Source: an uncultured Nitrososphaerales archaeon (lineage in GTDB: Archaea; Thermoproteota; Nitrososphaeria; Nitrososphaerales; Gagatemarchaeaceae). From it: a stretch of 64,000 nucleotides of DNA. The translations under genes and the position numbers were made by a program. Below, piece after piece: positions 7,570-16,900 of this stretch; position 1 is the first letter of the stretch; each line of letters opens with the position of its first letter. The notes beneath the pieces are model-generated. The model did no database searches. It had not been told where the DNA came from and saw nothing but the letters and a program-made list of their open reading frames with translations. The stretch covers positions 1,280,001-1,344,000 of the forward strand of contig OY970160.1 in assembly GCA_963706445.1 (NCBI GenBank), read 5' to 3'.

Positions 7570-8256
7570 ATGCCAATGATAGAAAGAAAACAGGTGATAC
7601 CGGGGGACGTCATAGCCCGCGGGAACCACAGATACGGGAGCTACATCGAGAAGCGCGGGGACGAATACATCGCCCTGCGGATCGGGCTGGCAGAGGTCGG
7701 TAGGGACGAGGTCAAGCTCAACCCTCTGACGGGTCCATACCTTCCGAGGGCCGAGGACGACGTCATCGGCAAGGTAATCGACATCAACGGGTTCGGGTGG
7801 GTTGTGGACATCAACTCCTGCTTCGACGGGTTCCTCCCGGCGTCGTTCGTCTTCGGGAGGGAGTTCTCTCCGGCGACCCACGATCTGGCGGGCAAGTTCG
7901 GGGTCGGAGACATCATCGGGGCGAGGATTGAGTCATTCGAGCGGTCGAGGGACCCACAGCTCAGCATACGCGGGGAGGGGTACGGGAAGATCGATTCCGG
8001 GGAAATCGTTAAGATATCACCGACTAAGGTGCCCCGATTAATCGGGAGAAGAGGTGCGATGATCAACTTGATCAGTGAAAGGACTGGATGCGATGTCAGG
8101 GTTGGCCAGAACGGCGTTGTAGTCGTCAACGGGTCAGCGGAGGGAATCGTAAGGACAGTGAAGGCGGTCAAAATGGTGGAAGAGGATGCCCACGCCGCCG
8201 ACCTGATGGCGAAGGTGGAGGGATACCTGGGAGGGGGCAGCAGTGGTGGAAGCTAA
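7570..8256 (+). CDS. rrp4: Exosome RNA-binding subunit Rrp4
   Basis: VIPGD, S1 domain, KH motif PRLIGRRGAM, VGQNG. Confidence 0.96.
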   Translation: MPMIERKQVIPGDVIARGNHRYGSYIEKRGDEYIALRIGLAEVGRDEVKLNPLTGPYLPRAEDDVIGKVIDINGFGWVVDINSCFDGFLPASFVFGREFSPATHDLAGKFGVGDIIGARIESFERSRDPQLSIRGEGYGKIDSGEIVKISPTKVPRLIGRRGAMINLISERTGCDVRVGQNGVVVVNGSAEGIVRTVKAVKMVEEDAHAADLMAKVEGYLGGGSSGGS

Positions 8257-8998
8257 GAAGAAACTCATCGACGACAAGGGGAAGAGGCTCGACGGGCGGA
8301 AGTGGGACGAGCTCAGGCCCATTAGCCTGCAGGTGGGGCTGATGAAGAACGCCGACGGGTCGGCCTACATCGAGTGGGGGAAGAACAAGATAATGGCGGC
8401 GGTCTATGGGCCGAAGGAGGTTCACCCGAAGCACCAGGTCCTTCCGGACAGGGCGCTCCTCAGGTGCCGTTACCACATGGCGCCGTTCTCGGTGGACGAG
8501 AGGAAGAACCCCGCCCCGTCAAGGAGAGAGATCGAGATCTCCAAGGTGATCAGGGAGGCATTGGAGCCGGCCGTCATAGTCGAGGACTACCCGCGGACTG
8601 CCATCGAAGTCTGGGTAGAGGTGCTCCAGTCTGACGGAGGTTCGAGGTGCGCGGGGCTGACAGCTGCGTCCCTGGCCCTGGCAGACGCAGGCATCAACAT
8701 GCGCGACATGGTCGTGGGTTGCTCGTGCGGGATCATCGAGGACACGGTGGTCGCCGACCTTGACGACACCGAGGACAAGGAGGGGAGCGGGGACATGCCG
8801 GTCGCAATCATGCCCAACCTCGGGCAGGTGACTCTCCTGCAGGTAGACGGCATCTACACCCGGGAGAACTTCCAGAAGGCTTTCGAGCTCGCCATAGAGA
8901 AGGGGAAGCAGGTCTATGCGATGCAGAGAGATGCGCTTACGACGAAGTTCTTCGGTGGAGAGGCGATGACAACCCAAGTCGAGGAGGTCGCCGACTAG
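8243..8998 (+). CDS. rrp41: Exosome catalytic subunit Rrp41
   Basis: RLDGR, ADGSAYIEWG, YHMAPFS, SDGGSR. Confidence 0.97.
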   Translation: MVEAKKKLIDDKGKRLDGRKWDELRPISLQVGLMKNADGSAYIEWGKNKIMAAVYGPKEVHPKHQVLPDRALLRCRYHMAPFSVDERKNPAPSRREIEISKVIREALEPAVIVEDYPRTAIEVWVEVLQSDGGSRCAGLTAASLALADAGINMRDMVVGCSCGIIEDTVVADLDDTEDKEGSGDMPVAIMPNLGQVTLLQVDGIYTRENFQKAFELAIEKGKQVYAMQRDALTTKFFGGEAMTTQVEEVAD

Positions 8999-9811
8999 AT
9001 GTCCGTGAAGAAGAACTACGTGATGGAGACCATCAGGAAGGCGCAGATGGTCCAGATGCTGGCCCAGGGGAAGAGGACAGACGAGAGGGCCCTCGACCAG
9101 ACCAGGCCCATCAAAATAGAGACCGGGGTCATTCAGAAGGCCAACGGTTCGGCCAGGGTGACCCTCGGGAACACCCAGGTGATCGCCGGAGTGAAGATAG
9201 CTACGGGGACACCGTTTCCGGACACGCCTGACAAGGGGTTGCTGGTGGTCAACGCTGAGATACTCCCATTGTCTTCGCCATACGCGGAACCGGGGCCACC
9301 CAGCGAGGACGCCATAGAACTGGCGAGGGTGGTGGACAGGGGGATACGCGAGTCCGAGATGGTCGACCTGACCAAGCTCTGCCTCATCCCGGGGAAGAGC
9401 GTGGTGACCATATTCGTCGACTGCAACATAATGAACGTCGACGGAAACCTGTTCGACGCGACCAGCTACGCCGTGGTTTCAGCGCTAAGGACAGCGAAGA
9501 TGAAGAAATACTCGGTGAAGGACGACAAGGTTGAGGCGACGGAAGACTGGATTCCGGTCCCAGTGGAAAGGACTCCGGTGTCTGTGACCATGGCCAGGAT
9601 AGGAGACAGGCTGGTGGTCGACCCGGTCACCGAAGAGGAGGCGTCCATGGACATGAGGATCACCATAACCACCGACGAAGACGGCAACATCTGCGCCAGC
9701 CAGAAGGGGGAGGCTAGCACCATCACCCCGGCTCAGGTGCTGGAGGCAGCCGACACCTCCATCCGCGTCGGTAAGCAGATAAGGTCGGAGATCCTAGAGG
9801 CGACGAAGTAG
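8999..9811 (+). CDS. rrp42: Exosome subunit Rrp42
   Basis: ANGSARVTLG, PFPDTP, ELARVVDRGIRES, DGNLFDA. Confidence 0.97.
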   Translation: MSVKKNYVMETIRKAQMVQMLAQGKRTDERALDQTRPIKIETGVIQKANGSARVTLGNTQVIAGVKIATGTPFPDTPDKGLLVVNAEILPLSSPYAEPGPPSEDAIELARVVDRGIRESEMVDLTKLCLIPGKSVVTIFVDCNIMNVDGNLFDATSYAVVSALRTAKMKKYSVKDDKVEATEDWIPVPVERTPVSVTMARIGDRLVVDPVTEEEASMDMRITITTDEDGNICASQKGEASTITPAQVLEAADTSIRVGKQIRSEILEATK

Positions 9812-10035
9812 TGCCAAAGGCGAACGAGAGTCTCAGGGGGCTGGGCGCGAAGTATGGTGGGACCCTTCGCAAGAGGTACGCCCGCATCTTCAGGACCCTC
9901 AAACAGGCGAGGGAGTGCCCGTCCTGCGCGAGCATGAAGCTGGCTAGGACGTCGTCTGGGATCTGGAAGTGCAAGTCGTGCGGTTACACGGTAGCTGGGG
10001 GAGCTTTTGACCTCGCCCAGGCGAAGGCTAGATAG
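9811..10035 (+). CDS. rpl37ae: 50S ribosomal protein L37ae
   Basis: KYGGTLRKR, CPSC, GIWKCKSCG...AGGAF. Confidence 0.96.
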   Translation: MPKANESLRGLGAKYGGTLRKRYARIFRTLKQARECPSCASMKLARTSSGIWKCKSCGYTVAGGAFDLAQAKAR

Positions 10036-10237
10036 CCCCGTCGAATCAGTCGAGCTGACGATAACCTTCCGGGCCGACAGGGCCATGTCGAGGAAGATCA
10101 AAGATGCGGTGCCGTCTGCACGTATCAGGGGAGGAGGGTGCGAAGTGAGGATCTCCGCCCAGGATCCCGGGGAGGTGGCGGAGTGGGCGAAGGACATCCT
10201 CGAAAAGGTCCGGGGAGTCGAAAGTCAGTCGCGATGA
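10007..10237 (+). CDS. Small hypothetical protein in the slot usually held by KEOPS Pcc1
   Basis: Synteny between rpl37ae and pfdB; beta-alpha-beta-beta-alpha pattern; motifs weak and start uncertain. Confidence 0.45.
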   Translation: MTSPRRRLDSPVESVELTITFRADRAMSRKIKDAVPSARIRGGGCEVRISAQDPGEVAEWAKDILEKVRGVESQSR

Positions 10238-10305
10238 AACGTCGCTGAAAACCCCCTGATTGACGAAAGGATTTAAGGCGCAGAGAACCGGCGCAAAATC
10301 TAGGC

Positions 10306-10686
10306 ATGAGTCAGCCCGAACTTCCTCCCCTCCTCAGAGAACAGCTTGCAAGGTACGACCAGGCACAACAGAACCTGCAGGCCGTGCTCGCGCAGAAGCA
10401 GCAGGTCGAGCTGGAGCTCGGGGAGACAGAGAAGGCCCTCGAGGAGCTGGGAAAGGCGGGGGACACAGAGGGGGTCTACAAGTTCGCTGGGAACCTGCTC
10501 GTGAAGGTCAAGAAGGATGACGTGATGAAGGAGCTTATCGAGAAGAAAGAGCTCGGTAACACCAGGAAGATGGTGCTTGCGAAGCAGGAGACGAGGTTCA
10601 GGGAGAGCCTTAAGGACCTGCAGGCGAAGATAGACGACGCAGTAAAGCCGAAGGCCTCACAGGCCCAGCCGCCCGGAGACGCGTGA
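10306..10686 (+). CDS. pfdB: Prefoldin beta subunit
   Basis: ELPP...QKQQVE..L.E...ALEEL...VYKFAGNLLVK. Confidence 0.96.
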   Translation: MSQPELPPLLREQLARYDQAQQNLQAVLAQKQQVELELGETEKALEELGKAGDTEGVYKFAGNLLVKVKKDDVMKELIEKKELGNTRKMVLAKQETRFRESLKDLQAKIDDAVKPKASQAQPPGDA

Positions 10687-10699
10687 CCCGTGGCGACCC

Positions 10700-11704
10700 T
10701 TGGCCCTTGACACAAAGCTGACGAAGTTCCCGTTCGTCGATTCCAAGGATCTCAGGACCGCAGCCGTGGTCTGCCACCGGAATGCGGACGCCGACGCCTA
10801 CCTCTCCGCTTTTGCGCTTTCCAGACTCCTGCATTCGATCGCGCCGAAGTGCGAGGTCGTAGTAGTGACCCCCGGAGGCATGACGACGCTTACTCAGAAG
10901 CTGAGCAAGAAGTTCCCGCACCCGACGGTGGAGAAGAGTACCTCGGACTACGACCTCTACGTGGCGGTGGACGTGGGAGACGACGAGCTGTTGAACGACT
11001 GGAAGCAGAAGTTCAGGGAGAGCAAAGGGATGAAGGTCCTAGTGGACCACCACCCGCTCAAGGACGCGTCGACCTACGACAGGGCGTTGGTGGATGAGAG
11101 TGCGACCTCCGCTGCTGAGGTCGTGTTCGGCCTGTACCAGGAGCTTGGGGTTAAGGTGGACGGGGAGGCGGCCCAGGCCCTGCTGGAGGGGATCATGTTC
11201 GACTCTTCTCATCTCGCGATTGCGAGCCCGGCAGGGCTGAGGGACGTTGTGGATCTCATGGATTCGGGGGCCGACATCTCGGTCGCAAGGAGGGAGCTGA
11301 GGAGCGAGCCGGACTACGGCGAGGTACTTGCGAAGCTGAAGGGGGCCCAGAGGCTGAAGATCCAGAGGACGGGGAAATGGGTGGTCGCGACGAGCATGGT
11401 GGGTTCGTTCCAGGCCCACGTGGCGAGGTCGCTGATCTATCTTGGAGCGGACCTCGCGTTGGTTGCTGGAGAATCGCAGGGAGAGACAAGGGTCAGCATG
11501 AGGGCGACCCAGCGGTTCCTAGACGAGACAGGGGTTCAGCTCGGGACGCAAGTGGCGGGAGAGATGTCGAAGAGGCTGGGAGGACACGGCGGGGGGCACG
11601 CAACTGCCGCGTCATTCACCACCGCCGTCGGAGAAGAGGAAGCCATGGAAGCGACATTGAAACGGGCGACAGAGCTACTCGGTGAGCTAAAAGCTGTAGA
11701 CTAG
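10700..11704 (+). CDS. DHH family phosphoesterase
   Basis: HRNADADA, VDHH, GIMFDS, GGHGGGH..AA. Confidence 0.92.
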   Translation: MALDTKLTKFPFVDSKDLRTAAVVCHRNADADAYLSAFALSRLLHSIAPKCEVVVVTPGGMTTLTQKLSKKFPHPTVEKSTSDYDLYVAVDVGDDELLNDWKQKFRESKGMKVLVDHHPLKDASTYDRALVDESATSAAEVVFGLYQELGVKVDGEAAQALLEGIMFDSSHLAIASPAGLRDVVDLMDSGADISVARRELRSEPDYGEVLAKLKGAQRLKIQRTGKWVVATSMVGSFQAHVARSLIYLGADLALVAGESQGETRVSMRATQRFLDETGVQLGTQVAGEMSKRLGGHGGGHATAASFTTAVGEEEAMEATLKRATELLGELKAVD

Positions 11705-12234
11705 CTGTACTTCTTGTATGCGGAGCTCTTCTGGAACCCGTCGAAAGATAACTTGAACCACGGAGTGTATGAGTCCGGGTGGGCGCGGAGGTCAGATGCG
11801 ACCTCGGTAGCCCTCGCCCATCTGACAGACATCATCTCTTCCGGGTTGGGAGTGACCTTACCGTCGAAATCCCCGACGAGGACGCGGCAGAACTCGTTCT
11901 CCGCGTTATCCCCCTGTGGAGCGAAGTAGACGAAAGAATGCACGTCGCTGAGCTGACCGACCCTGGCGTTCAGCTCCTGGAGGGCGCGGCGGGTCGCCGC
12001 CTGCTGGTAGGATTCCCCTGGGTACACGTGACTGGTAAAGGAGACGTCCCAGGCACCGGGCCAGAGCAGCTTCTTGGCGCTCCGCTGCTGGAGCAGCATC
12101 TTGCCGTCATGAAAGATTAAGGCGGTGTAGGCCCTGTGCCGCTTTCCCTTGCCCGAGTGGCAGTTCTCGCGCGTGTCGGTGCCGATTTCGTTGTCGTTGT
12201 CGTCGACGAGGATCAGGATTTCTTTAGGCGCCAA
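11701..12234 (-). CDS. idi: Isopentenyl-diphosphate delta-isomerase type 1 (NUDIX fold)
   Basis: CH...HRA, LLQQRS..K.LWPG.W, SH, ENEFC, YTPWF. Confidence 0.85.
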   Translation of the reverse strand: MAPKEILILVDDNDNEIGTDTRENCHSGKGKRHRAYTALIFHDGKMLLQQRSAKKLLWPGAWDVSFTSHVYPGESYQQAATRRALQELNARVGQLSDVHSFVYFAPQGDNAENEFCRVLVGDFDGKVTPNPEEMMSVRWARATEVASDLRAHPDSYTPWFKLSFDGFQKSSAYKKYS

Positions 12235-12258
12235 GCCAAGAATCGGCAGGCCTCGTTT

Positions 12259-13005
12259 CTAGTTAAGGCCATCGGAACTGTCAGGGGGCCCTGGGGCGAA
12301 GATAACAGGAGCCAGGCTGGTCGCGTCAATGGTGAAGGTTACGAGGTCGCCGTCCTTCAGGCTCAGCTTCCCTCGCAGATAGGCCGGTGAGATCAGCTCC
12401 ATGACGCTTTCGTTGTAGTGGGTGATATCGATGACGAGGAGCGTCACGCGTTCCCCCGACAGGACGCCGTCGAAACAGGTGAGCGGGCTGAATCCTTCCT
12501 TACCTCGCCTAAAGCCCTCGACCCTTGTTCCGCCCATAGACCTCAAGCTCCTTAATTGCTCGATGAAGCGTTCCTCTTCCAACTTCACGTTCAGGGTGCC
12601 GGGATAGGGCTTGTACCCCAGGGCGGCGTCGAACCTCTTCTGGTATTCCGGGTGCCCGACGTAGTATCGTCCCTTTCCTATTCCGCTGAATACCCTCCCT
12701 GTAAATTTCAGTTTCCCGCGCGTCTTTTCGAAGACGTCGGTCAGCTCGCCGTAGAACGAACGGACCGCTCCGAGGCCGGCCGTGGTAAGGCGGACCTTCA
12801 GCGAATGACCGGAATGGACCCGGGAGACCAGTCCGGCGGATTCGAGGTCGATCAGTCTCTGGGACGCGGCCTGCTGTGTCAAGCCCAGGGCATCCCCCAG
12901 CTTACCCGAGGACACCTCGGCATACGAGTACACGGCCCCCATCCTGGCGAGCTCGAGCAGAGTGACAAGGGACTTTTCTGTTGGGGCTCCCCTTCGCCTA
13001 GGCAT
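12259..13005 (-). CDS. ribK: HTH-fused CTP-dependent riboflavin kinase (RbkR type)
   Basis: N-terminal HTH (LGLTQQAASQRL); VFSGIGKGRYY, PYPGTLN, ELISP.YLR..L.LKDGD. Confidence 0.93.
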   Translation of the reverse strand: MPRRRGAPTEKSLVTLLELARMGAVYSYAEVSSGKLGDALGLTQQAASQRLIDLESAGLVSRVHSGHSLKVRLTTAGLGAVRSFYGELTDVFEKTRGKLKFTGRVFSGIGKGRYYVGHPEYQKRFDAALGYKPYPGTLNVKLEEERFIEQLRSLRSMGGTRVEGFRRGKEGFSPLTCFDGVLSGERVTLLVIDITHYNESVMELISPAYLRGKLSLKDGDLVTFTIDATSLAPVIFAPGPPDSSDGLN

Positions 13006-13040
13006 CTACAAGGGAGTTTGTAGCTACCATACTATTATAA
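13006..13040. promoter_or_regulatory. 18-bp palindrome CTACAA-N6-TTGTAG plus a shared bidirectional TTATAA box
   Basis: Palindrome at 13006-13023 and TTATAA at 13035-13040, between divergent starts at 13005 and 13064. Confidence 0.6.
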
Positions 13041-13063
13041 GGATACCTGTTTCGCAGCGGGAC

Positions 13064-13789
13064 ATGAGCGAGGACACACGAGGAGTCAGGCTCGACACCG
13101 TCTCCGTGGCCGGAATCGCCGTGTTCAGCGCACTTGCGCTCGTCCTGGGAGCCTTCTCGCAGGCGCTCGGGCTCAATTTCCCCCTGATACCTTACCTCCA
13201 ATTTGATTTCGGGGAAGTTGCGATTGTCCTAGCGTTCTTCATCTTCGGACCCGTCCCCGCGACAATCTCCTCCTTCGCCGAGTTCGCGGGGTTGATGGCG
13301 TTCGGCCAGCAGGTGCCCATCGGTCCCCTCCTCAAGCTGTTCGCACTCCTGTCAACGGTGCTGGGGCTTTGGGCGGGAATGAAGATCGCTTCGAGGGTCG
13401 GGGCGCCCGGAATATCGAGGCTCGTCGGGTCCGGCACGCTAGTCGGCGCGATTTCCAGGGCGCTGGCTTTGACGCTCCCGAACCTCTACCTCCTTGAATT
13501 CTATTATTCTCCGGCCACGATACAGGGCTTGGTCAAATACGTCCTGCAGCCCTCCTTCGCGCTGGTGGGCATAGGGGTGACCGACTCGAACTATCTCGCT
13601 CCCGTTCTTGTGTTCACAGCGGTCTTCAACGTCCTCCAGCTTTCCCTCGTGATGGCGATTTCGTATGCCGTCCTGAGGGTCCCTGCGATGTCCCAGATCA
13701 AGGTGGGAGGGAGGATCCCTTGGTTCGCGACTGTGATCAGGTCAGGAGCCTCTTCCCGGGAGCCGCTGAGCCCGGCGGGCGCGTCTTAG
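13064..13789 (+). CDS. ECF transporter S component (possibly riboflavin, RibU-like)
   Basis: IAVFSALA..L, FPLIPYLQFDFGEV...AFFIFGP; followed by ecfA/A'/T. Confidence 0.88.
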   Translation: MSEDTRGVRLDTVSVAGIAVFSALALVLGAFSQALGLNFPLIPYLQFDFGEVAIVLAFFIFGPVPATISSFAEFAGLMAFGQQVPIGPLLKLFALLSTVLGLWAGMKIASRVGAPGISRLVGSGTLVGAISRALALTLPNLYLLEFYYSPATIQGLVKYVLQPSFALVGIGVTDSNYLAPVLVFTAVFNVLQLSLVMAISYAVLRVPAMSQIKVGGRIPWFATVIRSGASSREPLSPAGAS

Positions 13790-13816
13790 GACTCGAGTCC
13801 CCAGGGCGAGATAGTC

Positions 13817-14662
13817 ATGGCAGATATCCTCGAGATTGAAGACCTGAGCTTCAGGTACCCCGACTCTCCGCGTCAGACTGTAGCAGAATTTAGCCTCAAC
13901 GTCCCTGAAGGGGAGATAGTCGTCTTGGCCGGGCCCTCGGGGTGCGGGAAGTCTACCCTACTGAGGGCCGTGAATGGCCTGATACCCCACATGTACAGCG
14001 GGGAGTATTCTGGCCACGTCCGGGTCGGGGGGGCCGATGTGAAGGAGTCGACCATGCGCGACCTTGCCCAGAAGGTGGGATTCCTCTTCCAGAACCCGGA
14101 GAACCAGATCTTCATGTTCACGGTTGAAAGGGACGTGGCCTTCGGCCTGGAGAACCTCGGAGTCCCGAGGCCGGAGATGAGGGCAAGGGTAGACGAAGCC
14201 ATGCGCCTCCTTGACATAGGGGCCTTGGCCCAGAGGGCGCCCTACGAGCTCTCCGACGGCCAGAAGCAGCGTGTGGCGCTCGCAGGGGTCCTGGCCATGA
14301 AGCCGAAGCTCGTCATCCTCGACGAGCCGACGTCCCTGTTGGACCCGAAGACGGCGGCAGAATTAGTCGACCTGGTGGCCTCCCTGAGGAAGAATCTCGG
14401 GACCACCTTCGTGGTAGTCGAGCACAGGCTGGACCTGCTCGTGAAGGTAGCGGACAGACTGGTGGTGATGAACGAGGGGAGGAAGGTCATGGAAGGGTCT
14501 CCGAAGAAGATACTGTTCGGGGAGAACGCGGAGTCGTACGGCGTCACGGTCCCTTCAGTGACCAGGCTGCAAAAGATGCTGTCAGTGGACGGGCTGGTCA
14601 GCCAAGACGAGTTGATGGCCCCCGCGAGGCTCGCGGAGGCGCTTGGGGGGAGGGGCAAATGA
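13817..14662 (+). CDS. ecfA: ECF transporter ATPase
   Basis: GPSGCGKS, FQNPENQ, LSDGQKQR, LDEPT. Confidence 0.93.
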   Translation: MADILEIEDLSFRYPDSPRQTVAEFSLNVPEGEIVVLAGPSGCGKSTLLRAVNGLIPHMYSGEYSGHVRVGGADVKESTMRDLAQKVGFLFQNPENQIFMFTVERDVAFGLENLGVPRPEMRARVDEAMRLLDIGALAQRAPYELSDGQKQRVALAGVLAMKPKLVILDEPTSLLDPKTAAELVDLVASLRKNLGTTFVVVEHRLDLLVKVADRLVVMNEGRKVMEGSPKKILFGENAESYGVTVPSVTRLQKMLSVDGLVSQDELMAPARLAEALGGRGK

Positions 14663-15471
14663 TAGAGCTGCAGGACGTGACCTTCGTCCACCAAAACGGC
14701 GTCAGGGCCCTGGACGGGGTGAGTCTCAAGATAGACTCCGGAGAGACTGTGGGGATAGTCGGCGAGAACGGGGCTGGCAAGACCACGCTGGTCAAACATG
14801 TGACGGGGTTGCTGAAACCAACGTCCGGGAAGGTTTTGGTAGACGGGAAGAGCACGGGGGAGACGAGCACCGCCCAGCTCTCACGAAAGGTCGGGGTGGC
14901 ATTCCAGAACCCTGACCATCAGCTCTTCTCGGAGAGCGTCGAGGAGGAGATGGCCTTCGCACTCAGGAACTTCGGATTCCCCGCCGAGCTCGTGGAGCAG
15001 AGGGTGACCTGGGGGCTTGGACTCTTCGGGCTGGAGGAATACAGGAAATCGTCCCCCCTTGTGCTCAGCGGAGGGGAGAAGAAACGGCTCACACTTGCCT
15101 GCATACTCGCCTGGGACCCTGAAGTCGTGATCCTGGACGAACCCACGGTGGGACAGGACTCTATCCAGAAGGAAAAACTGGCGGGGACGATCAGGATGTT
15201 GGCGTCTTCGGGGAAGACCGTGGTCGTGGTATCCCACGACATAGAATTCCTGTGGCCGGTCCAGCCGAGGGTTGTGGTGATGAAGGCGGGGAGGATCGTG
15301 GGGGACGGGCCGGCGTCGAGAATCATGCAGGACAGGGACATCCTCGACTCGGCCAGGGTGGCCCAGCCCCAGCTGGTGGAGTTTTACCAGAGTCTCAGGG
15401 CGAGGCCGGGGAAGCCTTTCGTCGACCCGCTAGATGCAAGGCGCTGGCTCGAGGGAGGCGGCGGCAAATGA
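14659..15471 (+). CDS. ecfA: ECF transporter ATPase A'
   Basis: GENGAGKT, FQNPDHQ, LSGGEKKR, LDEPT; ATGA overlap with the upstream gene. Confidence 0.93.
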   Translation: MIELQDVTFVHQNGVRALDGVSLKIDSGETVGIVGENGAGKTTLVKHVTGLLKPTSGKVLVDGKSTGETSTAQLSRKVGVAFQNPDHQLFSESVEEEMAFALRNFGFPAELVEQRVTWGLGLFGLEEYRKSSPLVLSGGEKKRLTLACILAWDPEVVILDEPTVGQDSIQKEKLAGTIRMLASSGKTVVVVSHDIEFLWPVQPRVVVMKAGRIVGDGPASRIMQDRDILDSARVAQPQLVEFYQSLRARPGKPFVDPLDARRWLEGGGGK

Positions 15472-16214
15472 TGTGGCTCAGCCAGGGCTTCATATTCAGG
15501 CGCGGGACGTCTGTCTACCACAGGATCGACCCCAGGGTCAAGCTCCTCATCTCTGTGCTGCTGTTCGTGACTGTGCTCCTGGTCAGGTCCCTCTACGAGC
15601 TCACAGGCATCCTCGTCTTCATGGTCACCATAGCCGCGGTGGCCACAGTGCTGAGGAGGGTAGCCCGGACCATGGCCTTCACGGCGCTGTTCTCCGCCTT
15701 CATATTCGTCCTGAACTTCGTCTTCACCAGGAACGCGGAGACGTCTCTGCTTTACGCGGCCAGGTTCATCGCCATTGTCGTGTCGACGAGCCTCTTCTTC
15801 ATCACAACGTCCCCCGACGAGCTGGAGCAGGTGATGAAGACCTTCAGGCTCCCCAGGGACGTGATATTCGCCTTCGTCACTGCCGTCCGGTTCATACCGG
15901 TCATGTTCCTTGACACCATCCAGATCATGGACGCACAGAAGTCGAGGGGGCTGGAGCTGGAGAAAGGGAACGTCATCAGGAGAGTAAGGAACATGATCCC
16001 TGTCCTGATCCCGCTGGTCGTCAACTCCGTGGTCAGGAGCGGGGAGCTGGCCGAGGCGATGGAGTCAAGGGCATACGGCGCGGTAGCCCGTCCGACGTCC
16101 CTCGTGGAATACAAATCGAGTCTGAGTGACAGGGCCGTCGCGATCGCCGCAGTCGTGATGTTTGCGCTCACCGCCTACTCCTTTTATTACATCCTGCCCT
16201 CCGCCGTCCTGTGA
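15468..16214 (+). CDS. ecfT: ECF transporter T component
   Basis: HRIDPRVKL, RFIP, AQKSRG, AEAMESRAY. Confidence 0.93.
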   Translation: MMWLSQGFIFRRGTSVYHRIDPRVKLLISVLLFVTVLLVRSLYELTGILVFMVTIAAVATVLRRVARTMAFTALFSAFIFVLNFVFTRNAETSLLYAARFIAIVVSTSLFFITTSPDELEQVMKTFRLPRDVIFAFVTAVRFIPVMFLDTIQIMDAQKSRGLELEKGNVIRRVRNMIPVLIPLVVNSVVRSGELAEAMESRAYGAVARPTSLVEYKSSLSDRAVAIAAVVMFALTAYSFYYILPSAVL

Positions 16215-16900
16215 TACCGGCGCGGGTCGTCGCGGACGAGAGGGAGAAGGCGAGCGGGGTCCCCGAAGAGCTGTCGAAGCTCAACGTCAGAGTGTACTTC
16301 AGCAGGCTCCCCGTCGCCGACTACGTCCTAAACCCCGAGCTGGCCATCGAGAGGAAGTCAGTCCGTGACTTGGTTTCTTCGGTCTACGACTCCCGGCTGT
16401 TCTATCAGGCGGCGAAGCTTTCAGCGGCATACGCCAAGCCGTTCCTCCTGGTGGAAGGGGACTCGAAAGAGGTCGAGTCCCTGGCGAAGAACCTGAAGTC
16501 CTTCTACGGGGCAATCGCCAACGTCACCATGGCGTACGGGCTCAGAGTTCTTTACACAGCCAACCCAAGGGAGACAGCCATGGCCATCTCGGAGCTGCTG
16601 ACCCATGCCAGGGCAAAGCCTCTGGCCAGGATGCCGTCGGAGCGTCCTCCGAAAGCTAAGGCCATACCCCAGCAGCAGTTGTACCTCGTCTCCTCCATCC
16701 CTGGAATAGGGAGGAAGCTTGCGGAAAAGCTTCTGGCGAAATACGGGACCCCCAGGAGGGTGATGGGACTGACCGCAGGGGAGTTGGCTATGACGCAGGG
16801 GATAGGATGGAAGAAAGCTGAGAAGATCAGGGAGATGATGGACTCGAAGTTCGCGAAACATCTGGACGCGGCTCCACAGGCGAGGCTCGAAGCGGAATGA
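16211..16900 (+). CDS. xpf: Short XPF/ERCC4 structure-specific nuclease
   Basis: ADERE, ADY, ERKS, two HhH (IPGIG, TQGIG), PIP-like QARL tail. Confidence 0.92.
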   Translation: MIPARVVADEREKASGVPEELSKLNVRVYFSRLPVADYVLNPELAIERKSVRDLVSSVYDSRLFYQAAKLSAAYAKPFLLVEGDSKEVESLAKNLKSFYGAIANVTMAYGLRVLYTANPRETAMAISELLTHARAKPLARMPSERPPKAKAIPQQQLYLVSSIPGIGRKLAEKLLAKYGTPRRVMGLTAGELAMTQGIGWKKAEKIREMMDSKFAKHLDAAPQARLEAE

